Shown here piece after piece: positions 25,360-37,963 of a stretch of 64,000 nt of DNA. Location of the stretch: NCBI RefSeq assembly GCF_009914755.1, contig NC_060926.1. One strand, written 5' to 3'. Positions within the stretch are counted from its first letter, which is position 1; each line of letters starts with the position of its first letter. The notes under the pieces were generated by a model that worked only from the letters and a program-made list of their open reading frames with translations, ran no database searches and was not told the DNA's origin. This stretch comes from the human T2T-CHM13v2.0 reference genome, Homo sapiens. Both the position numbers and the translations under genes were made by a program.

Positions 25360-27150
25360 TTTATTTATTCATTGAAAAAATATATGTCAAGTAATTGCTA
25401 TGTATCAGGCCCTTGTTCAATACATAACAGAAGGTGGAGCATACATAATTACTACTTTTTTGAGTCAGATGTTAACAATGGACTCCTACAATAAAAAAGT
25501 AAAACAACAGGCTGGGTGTGGTGGCTCACACCTGTAATCCTAGCACTTTGGGAGGCTGAGGAGGGCAGATCACTTGAGGCCAGGAGTTCAAGACCAGCCT
25601 GGCCAACATGGCAGCAAAACCCTGTCTCTACTAAAAATACAAAAATTAGCCGGGCGTGGTGGTGCACACCTGAGGTTTCAGCTACTTGGGAGGGTGAGAC
25701 ATGAGAATCACTTGAACTGGGAGGAGGAGGTTGCAGTGAGCGAAGATTGCTCCAATGCACTCCAGTCTGAGTGATGGAGTGAGACTCCATCTCCAAAAAA
25801 CAAAAAGAAAGTAAAACAACAAATTCATGTGATCGGGTGAAAGCAAAGCTCCATGAAAGAGAAAGAGGCATGCAGGTTGGGAGTGGTTAAAATACATCAC
25901 TGTGATAATCATTTTAAAGTTGAGACCTCAGGGTATAAAAGAAACCAGCTAGAAGAGCAAAGAGGAAGAACATTCCAGACTGCAGGCACAGCATATGTGT
26001 GTGGGCTCTGAGGCAAGGAAGTGAGTTCCACATCTGAGGAAATGAGAGGCAGAACCTCGGGGCACCACATGGGCTAGAAACGCCACGGGGAGCAATGGAT
26101 TCGAGGAGCCGGGTCACACTGTGCACCCTTAGGCATGTGAAGAAGATTCTGTATGAAAATGCACTGGAAGGCAATTGAATTATGTTAAGCAGAAGAGTGA
26201 CATGATCCAAGCTGAACTTTAAAAGATTACTCTGCCACACAAATGATGGACTTGAATGGACCAAAATGAAATCTGAAAGACTACTTGGGGACTCTTGTTA
26301 TATCATAGGAAAAGATGTTTTGGATTAGGGTGATGGCTATGGAGAGAACTGGATAGGTTCAAGGTTTGCAGGAGCATGACTAATAGGACCTGTTGAAGTG
26401 AAGGAGAGGGGTTATTTGGAAATGACTGCAAGTTTTTAAAGCAAATTTATTTCAAATGATTTGAGATTGGTGCCATTGTTGTCAGAGACAAGAAGCCTGA
26501 AGAAACAGGACTTTCAAACGGGTAATGCATGAGTATGTTGAGGAGGGTAGAAATTAAGATTCCGTTTTAGTCATTTTAATTTTGAAAATCAATGAGTTGC
26601 CTGAAGGCAATGTCCTAGGGCAGCTGGGCACAGACTCTGGAGTTGAATTTTGTCTGGGTATAAAATACACATTTTGGAATTGCCAGTACCTAGCTGTTAT
26701 TTAAGGTCCTCTGAGACAATATTAAATGAAGATGATTAAAAAGGGACAGCACCAAGCTCTAAGAAAGAAAAGTGTTCACAATTCCATTAGCTTCAAAAGT
26801 CACCAGGAAAAATTGGGGTTTGGGGAGACAAGGGAGGTAAAAGCAGCGGGAAGTCAACTAGCAGAATGCGAAATCATGAAATGCAAGGACAGAGAACCAA
26901 GAAAAAGAGATGATTTTCTATGCCAGAAACGCCTGTGAGAACAGTTGAGTCAGATGAGATGAAATGGTCTAAAATGGCATTCATGGAAGTTGCCGACACG
27001 TGAATGTCTACTGACTCTGACAGAAGCCCTTTCTGTGAACGCAGGCTGAAGTGGAAACAACAGTAAAAGAGAAATAAGGAAACAGAAAGAATTGACTGGA
27101 GAGAAATTTGGCAAAAGAGAAGATCACAACAGGAAGATCAAAATTTGGAA
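25360..27150 (-). mobile_element. Long L2 remnant interrupted by an Alu
   Basis: tttattcattg..tgctatgtatcaggc (L2 terminus); ggaagaacattccagactgcaggcacagcatatgtg; ttaagcagaagagtgacatgatc..tttaaaagattactctg. Confidence 0.75.
25510..25807 (+). mobile_element. AluS (Sz/Sx-like) SINE, full length
   Basis: Complete dimer with a 14-bp TSD aaagtaaaacaaca (25496-25509 and 25808-25821). Confidence 0.96.
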
Positions 27151-27739
27151 CAGGGAAAGGGAGAAAAGTAGTCTTGGCTCATGAGAATGTAAAGTCCCAA
27201 GAGAGCTGTTCAGGAGGCTCTGCAGTGTACACTTGTGTGCTGGTGAGAATGAACCAGTGGAGAATGAGAGGACACCCAGGTGGGAGCACGAAGGTATTAC
27301 AAAGAAACAAAGGAATGCTATCTTCAGCACCTAGGGAAGAATTGATCTTTGCTTACAGGAAAGAAGAAAGCATGTGTGGGTGCAAGTGTGGGAAGGGGAG
27401 GAGACATCTAGAGCAGTGGCTTCCAGAATTCTTACCACCACAGAAACCCTTTTATTTTCCCTTTATAAATTCTATCTACCAAAATATTTTATGTGCAACA
27501 CTTTTTTAGTTAATTCATTTACCCGTTTTTTTCAAAGACCAATGAATCAGCAATCAGTATAAAGTAATATTTTGTTAACTATTGAGGTATACACTCATAC
27601 TTTGGGTCAATTCTGGGTAATCCCTATTTCCAACTTCCCTCTCGTGGTAGTATCTGTGTACTCAGAAGGCATTCAGCAGCTCAGAGGGAGAAGGATATGA
27701 AGCAGATGGACACAAGTGAAAGGCTGCAGACGCTGGCTG

Positions 27740-28116
27740 AAGCCAGCACCCGACATTCAATACTCAAGGAACTCCTCCCACGACCCCCGGGTTTGCTGCT
27801 GGCTGGCAGCCCTCAGCTGCAGAGATCTGTTTCCCTGAAGCTTTATCCCACTTTCTGGGGAAGGTCTGAACTCAATGACTTGTTAACGTAGGTGGCATAA
27901 TTTCTCCACCCCTTGTTCTAATTTAGGACAATTCTGAGGGGTCATCCCAGATTTAGAGCACACTTTCTGGTTGGCTGAGACCTTTGTTGTGACTCTATTG
28001 CAGCCTAAATTCTCCCTCTGCAATCTTGTATTTTTCCCTTTCACAAAAGTATGCTAATCCTAAGAGCACTTTCAAATAAACTTCTTATCTTAGAGTCTAC
28101 CGCCAAGAAGATCCAC
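27740..28116 (+). mobile_element. LTR16-family (ERVL/HERV16) LTR
   Basis: gctggctggcagccctcagctg..ggacaattctgaggggtcatcccag..ttggctgagacctttgttgtgact..cctaagagcactttcaaataaacttc..cttagagtct. Confidence 0.75.
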
Positions 28117-28540
28117 TGTTATTAGTTGACATGTGTTCCCTAAAAAATATGCGGAAGTCTTGACTCTGATACCTCTGAATGTGACCTTTTTTGGAAATAG
28201 AATTCTTGCAGAAGTAATAGAGTTAAGACAAAATCATTATGGAGAGCCCTAATACAATGTGGCTGTTGTCTTTATAAGAAGAGGAAATGTGACATGAAGA
28301 GAGCGAGGCACACAGGGAGTATACTGTGTAATGACAGAGGCAGGAATTGGATGTAATTGCAAGCCAAGCGATGCCAAGTATTGACAGCTACCACCAGAAG
28401 CTAGCAAGGGGCAAGGGAAAAACCTATTCAGAATCTCAGAGAAAGCCTGGCCCTGGCAACAACTTGACTTGGGGACTTCTGTTCTCCAGAAGTGTAGGAG
28501 AACAAACATCCATTGGTGACTTCCCAGGCCACCACGCTGA
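28117..28540 (+). mobile_element. MLT1C-like MaLR LTR, 3'-truncated
   Basis: tgttattagttga..acctctgaatgtgacctttttggaaatag..gcaagccaagcgatgccaag..caccagaagctag..ggccctggcaacaacttgact. Confidence 0.85.
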
Positions 28541-28734
28541 AGCCTGGTGTCATCCTCTTGAGGACAACAGAGGCTCCGTGTCTGTGATGATGCCCTGTGA
28601 CAGTCACAGCCAGCTTCCTTGGATCTTTGCAGCATGGTAGAGATTGCGCTAATTTGCACTTCCAGTGTGCCATCTCTAGGCTCGCTATCTAAAATCATGA
28701 CTGTTATACGAGGCTGAGTCCCCCAGACCTGGGC

Positions 28735-28995
28735 TACTTGGGTCTAGGAAATAGAGGCTGAAAGTACTAATGGCTCAGTTTAAAGTCACTGCCAGTGACC
28801 TAATTGGGAGAGTTTTTTATTTTCTTTCCTGAAACTCTAGTCTTTGCAGGGTTATAGATTCTAGCTCCCAAAGGGGAAAATATTTCACAGGGGACACTAT
28901 AGGAGACCCATTGAATTAAAAATTGGTGGCTTCTACTCAGACACTTAATGTTCCTCATGGCAAGGTACCAGCAAACAAACCAAAAAAAGGACTCA
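28735..28995 (+). pseudogene. ERVL (HERV16/HERV-L-type) internal relic: end of integrase plus dUTPase-like region
   Basis: Manual translation LGSRK*RLKVLMAQFKVTASDL / PETLVFAGL*ILAPKG / GDTIGDPLN*KL aligns with recalled ERV-L HGSRNQGVEVEVAPLTITPSDP / PATLRSAGLEVLVPEG / GDTTTIPLNWKL. Confidence 0.75.
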
Positions 28996-29317
28996 TATTA
29001 GGATGAGAGATTCTGAAAAATTTCCCTCTCCTTTCCAAATTTTAAAACAAGTAGATTTATAATTTTTAACTTGTTGTGTATAATTCTTCTTCTATAAAAA
29101 CTTATCTCAGAAATGAAATCAAAGAATATACTATATAGAGAGCCATTCTGCTTGAACTTACATATAAATATAAGAATTGGTATTTTATTTTAGACATGAG
29201 AAATATATGACCAGAATGGACTTTATATGTTTATATCTTTACATATTCCCTTCATGCTCTAATTCTTAATACAAAGATGGTAGACTTGAGGATGTGGTTA
29301 AAAAGTTAAATGCTGCA

Positions 29318-29607
29318 GCCAAGCATGATGGCTCATGCCTGGAATCCCAACATTTTGGGAGGCTGAGGCAGGCAGATCACTTGTGGTCAAGAGTTCAAGA
29401 CCAGCCAGGCTGACATGGTGAAAACCCTTCTGTACTAAAAATGTAAAAATTAGGCGGGCATATTGGCAGGTGACTGTAATCCCAGCTCTTCAGGAGGCTG
29501 AGGTATAAGAATCACTTGAGCCTAGGAGGTGGAGATTGCAATGAGCCAAGACCCTGCCACTGCACTCCAGCCTTGGCTACAGAGTGAGACTCCATCTCAA
29601 AGAAACA
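29318..29607 (+). mobile_element. Old AluS/J SINE, full length
   Basis: Complete dimer with TSD aaaaagtta(a/c)atgctgca (29300-29317 and 29608-29625). Confidence 0.95.
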
Positions 29608-30291
29608 AAAAAGTTACATGCTGCAGTGTACTATCAAAAATTACAGACACACGATACCTACATTGTTTAGTTGTGATGTTAGAACCATATAAAAACCAAA
29701 ACTATGGAAAATATTTTGTTTTTGGCATGTATTATGAAATAAGCTATTTTGGATACTAAAATGAATACAAATTACAAAATTTTCTTTAATGGCAATTGTG
29801 AATATATTTTTAAGTACTATTAACTGACAGTGCATCTTGTTCAAAGTGATCTTTAGCAGGTGTTCTCATGAAGCAAAAGCTGTTTCTATAAAAAGTAAAG
29901 AAGAGGAAATGATTCTATTAAAACAGCATATGACAACACTGAAATATAGAAAGAAAAAAGAACTCAAGATAAGCATAATTATATTCTTTTGGTACCAGGA
30001 TATATTATAATCCACACCAAAAACCAGGTTTGGGGTAATGTTTTTTCCCTAAAATCTAAGTGATTTTTTTTAAGTTTAAAGGTAGAAAATTTGCAATGAA
30101 ATATTATGAAAAGGAGACAGGTTTCAAAATAATGCAAATGAGATATAATTCTTCCAGCAAGGAGGTGCTATTGACATGGTGATATAAAAAAATGTTTCAT
30201 AACTTTTTCAAACAATTTAAAGGAGAATAAAATAAGTACTCTTTTATAATTTGACTTTTTAAACTAGTACAGATGAAATAATGTCCATCTT

Positions 30292-30716
30292 TATAAAAAT
30301 AATTTCAACTTTTACTTTAGGTACAGAGGATGCATGTGCAGGTTTATTTCATGGGTGTATTGCGTGATGCTGGGGTTTAGGGTATGGATCCTATTACCCA
30401 GGCACTAAGCATAGTACCCAATGAGTGGTTTTTCTACCCACACTCCCCCTTCCATTCTTACTCCTCTAGGAGTCCCCATTGTCTGTTGTTCCCATCTTTA
30501 TGTCCATGTGTAACCAATGTTTAGCTCCCACTTACAAATGAGAACATGCAGTATTTGATTTTCTGTTTCTGCATTAATTCCCTTAGGATTATGGCATTAT
30601 GGCCTCTATCTGCACCCATATTGCTGCAAAATATATAATAATTTCATTATTTTATAAGGCTGTGGACTCTCAACAGTGGATTGGTTAAAGAAAATGAGGT
30701 ACGTATGCACCATGGG
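30292..30716 (-). mobile_element. L1PA16-like truncated LINE-1 with 5' inversion
   Basis: Minus-strand 3' end to about 30663, then plus-strand caacagtggattggttaaagaaaatgaggtacgtatgcaccatgg. TSD ataatgt(c/t)catctt. Confidence 0.9.
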
Positions 30717-31754
30717 ATAATGTTCATCTTAAAGGCAGATTGATTTTCTGAGTTTGAGTTGTAGCCTCATATTCCACTAGAGACATGCACCATTACATAC
30801 TTAACTCACCCCCTACCCAAGGAAATTTTACTGACTTTAGCTTATTACGAGGATGAACATTGCTATACTGAAGGGATTTCTACATATAACTTTGTGTATT
30901 TCCCAGTTGTTTCCTTGGCACAGAGTCTTGAACTGTTGACAGGGATGCTCATAAAACCTCACTATGACTGCTGCTGAGTGACCTTCTGTGCAGAAGTGCC
31001 TGGTGAATGGAGCCCTGAAGTTGTGTAGCATGGTAATAAGATTGCACCAATTTACACCTGTCTTTACCTTAGGTTGTTTATAAGGAAGTTTTTTCCCCTA
31101 CTGTGCAAGAATGAGTACAAATTGCTCTTAATCTCTACCAATTTAATAAAGGGTACTAGTTTGAAAAATATATTTTAAAAATATTTTATTCTATAAGCAA
31201 AAGATAAAGTCAATTCCATAAAGAGAAAACATTTTCATTGGTAGTCTAGAGGTAATGTATAATTGTATAATATTCAACAAGCATTTTGGGTCTATTATGG
31301 ATAAATGACAAGGCACTCTTACGTATCACTCTCTCTCAATGCATGGCAGTTGATATGGAGGATGGCCAAATGGTCATTAGGATTTACCTTGAAGAATGTG
31401 CTTAGGTTTTTCATATTAGGAGGTTTAAGTGGCAGGTATACAGAAGTTGCCATAAATATTGACTGACATATATTATAAAATATTATTAAAATGGAAAGTC
31501 TGATACTTTGTAGACTATTCTAGGTAAATGTTGTAATGACTTGAGTAAAATGACGTACATGGTAATTATTGACAATTTTCTATGAAGATAATACTGAGCA
31601 ATTAGTGAGGCTTATATCATTAGAGTAGAACTTTAAGAGCTTCATAAAACCCTGTTTGTTAGTGTGTTTTGGGGTTTTGGTCTGTATTTTTCATTGTAAA
31701 ATGTTTCATTTATAAAATTTTGTAGTCTTAGAATTGGAGATGGGTATCTTGCAG

Positions 31755-32141
31755 TTCCTCCCAGATAATGGGGTCAAGTCCCCACCCAAAGCTGGTTCAG
31801 AAGTTAAGACTGATGCTACCCACACAGTGAGTGAGAAGGAACAAACTTATGTGCTGGGGTTTTCTGGAGAGAGCAGGGCACACTCCCAACCTGATCTGAA
31901 GTGGGTTGAGTAGAGGACAGCCAAGGGGCTTTGATTTGTGTTGTGCTTACGGAGTGGGGTTAAGGTTCTTTTGCAGGGGCAGGGTTTGCATGGTTTGAAA
32001 TCACCCACAGGTGTCAAGTGGGGGAACACATGGGCTATTTTATGGACTTGGCCAGATATGGGGCAAGAGAGGAAGGGCAAGGGGTGGAGCTTGACCACTC
32101 TCAGTGATGAAACGTCAAAAGTGGAGTCAGACTCTTTCTTA
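31755..32141 (-). mobile_element. ERVL-class LTR (LTR47-like)
   Basis: Ends aaaagtggagtcagactctttcttac; ggtttgcatggtttgaa..ccagatatggggcaagagaggaagggcaaggggtggagcttga. The family name is from memory. Confidence 0.65.
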
Positions 32142-32515
32142 CTCTGTAAAGAGCCTAAGAATGGCTCTGGATCCAAGTTTCTGTATCAACCAATTGTAGA
32201 GCATGAAATAAATGATAAATGAATGTCTTTCCCTCTTTACTATTCCATGGTCACTAATTTCCAGTTCTGCTACTTTATACTACACATCTGGGAACAAAAT
32301 ATTAAAAATGCAAAATAACTGCCCACATGATTGTTATACCAAAGCTAGCACCAGCTGATTTGGAGCTCTCCTGGCTCCTGGCACAGTATTCCCTTGACAT
32401 TCACAATTACTTTGGAATGTATTTTAAAGACATTTACAAATATATCACCTACTGCTGAATTGAAAAACACTAATATTCTTAAATATTCACTAATCTACTA
32501 TCAAGCCTGAGCTGC

Positions 32516-32882
32516 TGTATTAGTCCATTTTCACACTGCTATAAGGAACTACCTGAGAGTGGGTAATTTACAAAGAAAAGAGGTTTAACTGACTTGCAAT
32601 TCCACATTGCTGGGGAGGCCTCAGGAAACTTACAATCATGGTGGAAGGCAAAGGTGTAGTGAGGCATGACTTACGTGGCGGCAGGAGAGAGGGAGAGTGA
32701 AAGGGGAAGTGCCAAACTTTTAAACCATCGTGTCTCATGAGAACTCTCTCACTATCACGAGAACAGCAAGGGTGAAATCTGCCCCCATTATCCAATTACT
32801 TCCCACAAGGTCCCTCCCCTGACACATGAGGATTACAATTCAACATGAGATTTAGTTGGGGACACAGAGCCAAACCATATCA
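32516..32882 (-). mobile_element. THE1D/MSTA-type MaLR solo LTR
   Basis: tgtattagtccattttcacactgctataagga ... ggggacacagagccaaaccatatca. TSD gctgc/gctgt. Confidence 0.93.
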
Positions 32883-32944
32883 GCTGTCTTACTTTGTTAC
32901 CAGAACAGCACCGTGTCGTATTCAACATTTAGAGGAAAAGTGAC

Positions 32945-33290
32945 ATAGCTCTGCTCCAGCATAACATAGAGTAAACCTTAATGCATGAGCCCTCCAACTG
33001 TCAGCCCCACAAAAGTGGGCAAAACACGTGAGGCAACTCTATTCAGACAATGGAAAGCAGACAGGGCCAAACTCCAATCCCTGCGAGCAAAGAAACTCAT
33101 GCAGTGAATCCAAGCTTGCCAAGTTTTTTGCCTGGGGATGGGTATCTGGTCATGGTACAGTGAGCCGAAGGGTACACAGAACTCATGATGTGAGGTGCTA
33201 GGGATCAGAAGTCAAGGCAGCCGGAGGAGGCAGGAGCCAGCAGAGCACAGCTGGTTCATAGAGGACAGAGCTGTGCAGCACGTCTGCTGG
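32945..33290 (+). mobile_element. Ancient L1M (L1MD/ME-type) 5'-end relic
   Basis: gcaaaacacgtgaggcaactctattcagacaatggaaagcagacag..atccctgcgagcaaagaaac resembles L1M 5' consensus and the relic at 36640. Confidence 0.5.
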
Positions 33291-34024
33291 AGGCAGTTTT
33301 CTGACCTTTTATAATATGTTCATTCTTGTGGTTGTCTTGTGCTTCCCTAAGCCTTTTGGTTCCTTCTTGTACCATTTGATGATAGAAACTTCATGTCGTA
33401 CGAGTTCTTCTTTAGCCTAGCTTCCAAAAGCCATCGTAGCAAAACGTTAGAATAATCTTCCGAGGGCCTTGACAGAGTGCTACATCTTGTGTTTATCTTA
33501 GTAGAATTCTCCCATATGGATAAATTATGTCTTATCCACCTTCATTTTGCACCCCTGTGATTCAGCATCTTCAATGTGCAGTCCTGTCCGTACTTTTCAG
33601 GTTCTCCCTGGTGGAACACAGCTGGGTCCTGCAGCCCTGACGATGCACGGTCTCTTTCCTCCATGGTAGGCCCTGCCTTTCCCCAGTGATTGGTCTGCTG
33701 GCCAGGAGTGCAGGAGAGACCGGCTATTGATGTGGATACACATTGTCTTGTAGGGCAGTGGTATCTGCAACATCTTCAAGTGAGGGAAGAGCACTATTTT
33801 CTAACAGAAGGGAATGTGCTCTCTTCAACCACTGGACTCTGTTCTACACTCAAACCCCAACAGCCAGTATCTAACAGTTTCACAGAGCCTTTCCCTGGAC
33901 ACGGGCAGCTCAGCTCTCAGTGCCAAGGTGCAAGGTTTTCCCATGGTCTTAACACTGTCTTGGAGATCCTTGCCAATTCAAGAACACTTTGGACTGGGAT
34001 GATGTGCACATTACAAACAAGGAA

Positions 34025-35180
34025 ATCAACTTTATTTATTAGCAAATGATGTGATTACATGCATAGAAAATCCAAAAGAATTTACATAAGAGCTGCTAGA
34101 CTGAAGAAGTGTTTCACAAATTTTCAAGCTACAAGATCAATATATCAAACGTCAAATGCATTTCTATATACTGCCAAGAAAGAGTTGAAAACTAAAGTTT
34201 TAAAAATCGCATCATATACAGCACTATCAAAATCATAAGATACTTAGGTATAAATCTAATGAAAGGTATAAATCTAATAAAACACTGGCAGGATATGCAG
34301 CTCTAAACTGTAAAATACTGATAAGAGGAATTTTTTAAAGAGATATTGTCTATCTCTCTTTTAATGGAGAAACAATAAATGTGTTTATGAATTGGAATAC
34401 CCAATGTTGTTAAAATGTTAATTCTCCCCAAATTAATATTGATAGATTAATTCAATACAATTTCAAATGAAATCCAGTGACCTCTATCATAGATATTGAA
34501 CAGCCTATTCTAAAATTTATATAGAAATTCAGAGAACATAGAATAAGCGTGGCAATTAAAAGTAAAAACAGTTTAAAAAATTTAGCCTCCCTAATTTCAA
34601 GGTTTATTATAAAGTCACAGTAATCAAGACACTGTTGTATGGGAGTGAAAATAATCACATAATACAGAAATGGACCCATACATATATGGTCAATTGAGTT
34701 TTGATAAAGGCTCTGAAGTAATTCAGTAGAGAAATATGTTGGTGTCACAAAAATTGATAATTCACATGCAAAAGAATGAACCGCTATCAGCATCTCAGAT
34801 CCTGCATAACCTTTACCTCAAACTAGGCCATAGGTCTAAATATAAACATCTATAAAAGTATAAAACTACAAGAAAAAAATAAAAAAAATTAACTTTGACT
34901 TAAGTATAATTTTTTATATAGGGCACAAAAGCATGAAACACAAAAGGCCTAGTCACTGTATTTAATTAAAATGTACAAACTGCTCTTTGAAAGGCACTAT
35001 TAAGAAAATAAAAAAAAAGCAAGTCATACTGAATGAAAATATATCTGCAGAAATACATATCTGATGAAGAATCTAAGGGGAGTATCAAAAACTTTCAAAA
35101 TTAGTTAATCATTCTGCCAAAAAAATGAAAAAGATGGGTAGATGTTTCACCAAGAAAATATTCAGATGGAAATATCACTC
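34025..35180 (+). mobile_element. L1M ORF2 (RT to C-terminal) relic
   Basis: LLANDVITCIENPKE at 34036 (L1 RT LFADDMIVYLENP); aattctccccaaattaat; ttattataaagtcacagtaatcaagacactgt. Confidence 0.85.
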
Positions 35181-36102
35181 AGGATCCCATTACCAGGTGT
35201 GTATCACCTGCTAAATGAAGACAAATGTCTACGCTAAACCTTATTTACAAATAAGGTTTATACTGGGCTTTTCTACCTCTAAAATTCAATGAGTGAAATC
35301 ATATTTTCCCTCATTATTAAGTTACTTCGAGATTTGGGTTTTAGATAATAAAATGGTCTCTATCATATGCAAATAACAATTACCTAGTGAGGAAATTTTA
35401 TGGCTGATCTTCAAGTTAAAGTGCATTCCAGCCTTTTACCCTGGTCTAAATGAGAACATTGAATACTTTGGTTTTGGACTCAGCGTGGAGGATATGAAAA
35501 TATTTGTATAAACTTTAGAAAGTATGTTTCTTAAAAATACACTTTTTAAAACTTAACACATAGGTCTTAAAACGTGAACATATTTGTAATATCCACAAAG
35601 GAATTTGACTTTCCCAGTCTCCCTGTTTATGTTGCCAAATATATTTTAAAACTCTGATTCAAACAATGAGGTTTTATTTGCCTTAATTTAGAGTAAATGC
35701 CAAATACACCATCTAAGGCCTGCCCTAGGAGGATAAGAGAATGATTTGTAATGTGAAAATGGCAAAGAAGCCACCTTCTACCTCAGTTTCTTGTAGCTTC
35801 TATTTCTTGCTGCAACATCACACTTAAGTCATTGCACAAAAGCAATTTGGGGAAAGGATTAAAGATTGAAGCCTCAAATATAAGCCTGCATCAAACATTA
35901 ATACTCCAAATACATTTTCTAGTGATAAGAACAGCAGCAGTTTATAAGTGCGTCATTTGTAATTTTGTTCCACATGTTTTCACCGTGGTCATCATATTGA
36001 TATACAACGAGTCCCAAGAAGGATAAGTGACTTATCCATCTTGCAGAGCCAATGGCACAATTGAGGTTCCTAAGCTTGTTCTGCAGTCTGACCCTTCCAC
36101 TC

Positions 36103-36216
36103 TACAAGAGTTGCGCTCAAACGGTGCCTACGTGTTGTAATGTTCCTCTTTCTGTCTATTACAAGAGTTGCGCTCAAATGGTGACTACATGTTGTAATGT
36201 TCCTCTTTCTGTCTAT
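36103..36216. repeat. 57-bp tandem duplication
   Basis: Units 36103-36159 and 36160-36216, 3 mismatches. Confidence 0.96.
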
Positions 36217-36639
36217 GACAGCTTGTCCTGGGCACCAAAGCTATTATGTGAGATACAGAAAATAATAACCTGGAAAAGGAAGATGTGTATTAATCACAAA
36301 TTGTCATCTGAATTTGTATCCTCATTTCACTATTTAATTTTTACTTATGAATTGTTTCAAATTATATAATATATAAATTGTACTATAGTGGTACCTATAG
36401 TAGCCAATGATCTAAAACTGTTGATATTTTATCATATGAATGTCATTTTTCTTTTGTTATAAATAATTATTATCTATGTAAATTTATATCCATATATTCA
36501 CTGTAATAATAAGAATAATGATAAATAATACCAACTAATTATACAAATTTTGCTAGAGGAAAATACATAACTTTTATCACTGAAAAATAAAAATGAAAAA
36601 ACTCTTATTTCTGACTAGGAAAGCTTAAGATGTTTCAGG

Positions 36640-37130
36640 ATTGCTTCTGTCCAGCAAAGAATTAGAAAATTGGAAATATGTAAGACACAACTATTTTCTG
36701 ACATTGGACAATAGGCAATACAGGTTTGTGATCCCAGAAAAAAGGAGAACATGTAAAGTGAATCTCAACATTGTCCTGGTTTTGTTCCAGAGAGACTTTC
36801 TGAGTGCACTGTCAGAATGGAAAGAACAAAAATAGTCTGATACAAAATAATACCTACAATATAATTCAATTCATATGAAAATCTGCAAAATCTGCTCCAC
36901 AATGACAGCAAGAAGTTCATGTATTGCCTGAATGTGATAGCAAAAGATTTACCAGGAAGGGAAACAAAAGAAACTTTCATTTGTGATGGAAATATTTCAT
37001 TATACAAAATGCGGTGGTGCTTAAACAGGTGTAAACTTTTGACTAATTTAACAAGCTCCATTTAGAATTAATTCATTTTGTTATATATGAAGTATTCCTC
37101 AAGAAGATTTTTTTAAAATTAAAAAACAAA
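36640..37130 (+). mobile_element. Ancient L1M relic: 5'-end-like segment abutting 3'-end-like segment
   Basis: caactattttctgacattggacaataggcaatacagg..tgtgatcccagaaa is 5'-like. aatacctacaatataattcaattcatatgaaa..tgtgatggaaatattt..cattttgttatatatgaagtattcctcaa is 3'-like. Confidence 0.55.
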
Positions 37131-37139
37131 AATGGATAT

Positions 37140-37915
37140 ATTTACAGCCAATTCAAGTACTAAACACATGTAAATAAAGACTAGGGATACATACAAATAC
37201 ATTTCCAAAAAATAATGGAGAGAAATTAATAAGTTATAAGACAGAAAATTAATAAAACTGACAAACCCAAAGCCCATTTTGTATTCATAATAAAATACAT
37301 AAATCTTTATATGTGCAAAAAATAATAAAATATAAATACACCATAATGAAATTGATTAAGCATATATATAAAAAGCCTAAGATACACAGGTAATAAGTAA
37401 TTTAAAGACAATAGTGTACACAAGTAAATGTTAGCAAATCTTCAATATTGTTCTTCTAATATAAATTTAAATTAATGGAATATGACACAAGAAACTGTTA
37501 AATATTAAATATGGCAACGAGCATAGAAATTACTTTAATAGTTTCCAAAGAAATACCTCAAAGATATGTGTGTACATACACAATTATGAATGAATACAAA
37601 TAAAACATTATAGAAGACATAATTCCTATTCTATCTAAAAATACTCAGAACATTGAAAATAGGACGCCTCCTGAGATTGTTTTATAAGCCATAATAAAAA
37701 TATGACAAATAATAGAACACTCTAACATCGATAAGAATGCAATATCCTAAGGAAATCAGCAAGTGCTGAATAGATTAAAACAACAAAACCAAGTAAGATT
37801 TATTCCAGAAATCTAAGCTTATCCAATACAGAGCACTCCTTATCATTCAAATAATAGGTCAAAGAAGTGCCAAAACATATTGATAAAATCATCAGTCATT
37901 ATTTTTCTTAAAACA
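37140..37915 (+). mobile_element. Highly diverged L1M ORF2 relic
   Basis: A-rich; aaattaataaaactgacaaacc, ccaagtaagatttattccagaaatctaag, aaaacatattgataaaat. Confidence 0.55.
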
Positions 37916-37963
37916 ATTTTATTAAGATATACTTCACTAATTCTACAACTTATCCTCTTAAAG

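Noticed and set aside
25452-25912. ORFs resembling 'Alu-domain' proteins
   Set aside because: They are translations of the Alu at 25510-25807.
28665-28685. CTCF-like motif (minus strand cctagagatggca); a weaker one near 22752
   Set aside because: Partial match only, not supportable without PWM or ChIP data.
34246-34281. 18-bp tandem duplication in L1M (similar ones at 411-428 and 54882-54926)
   Set aside because: Ordinary short slippage duplications in AT-rich DNA.
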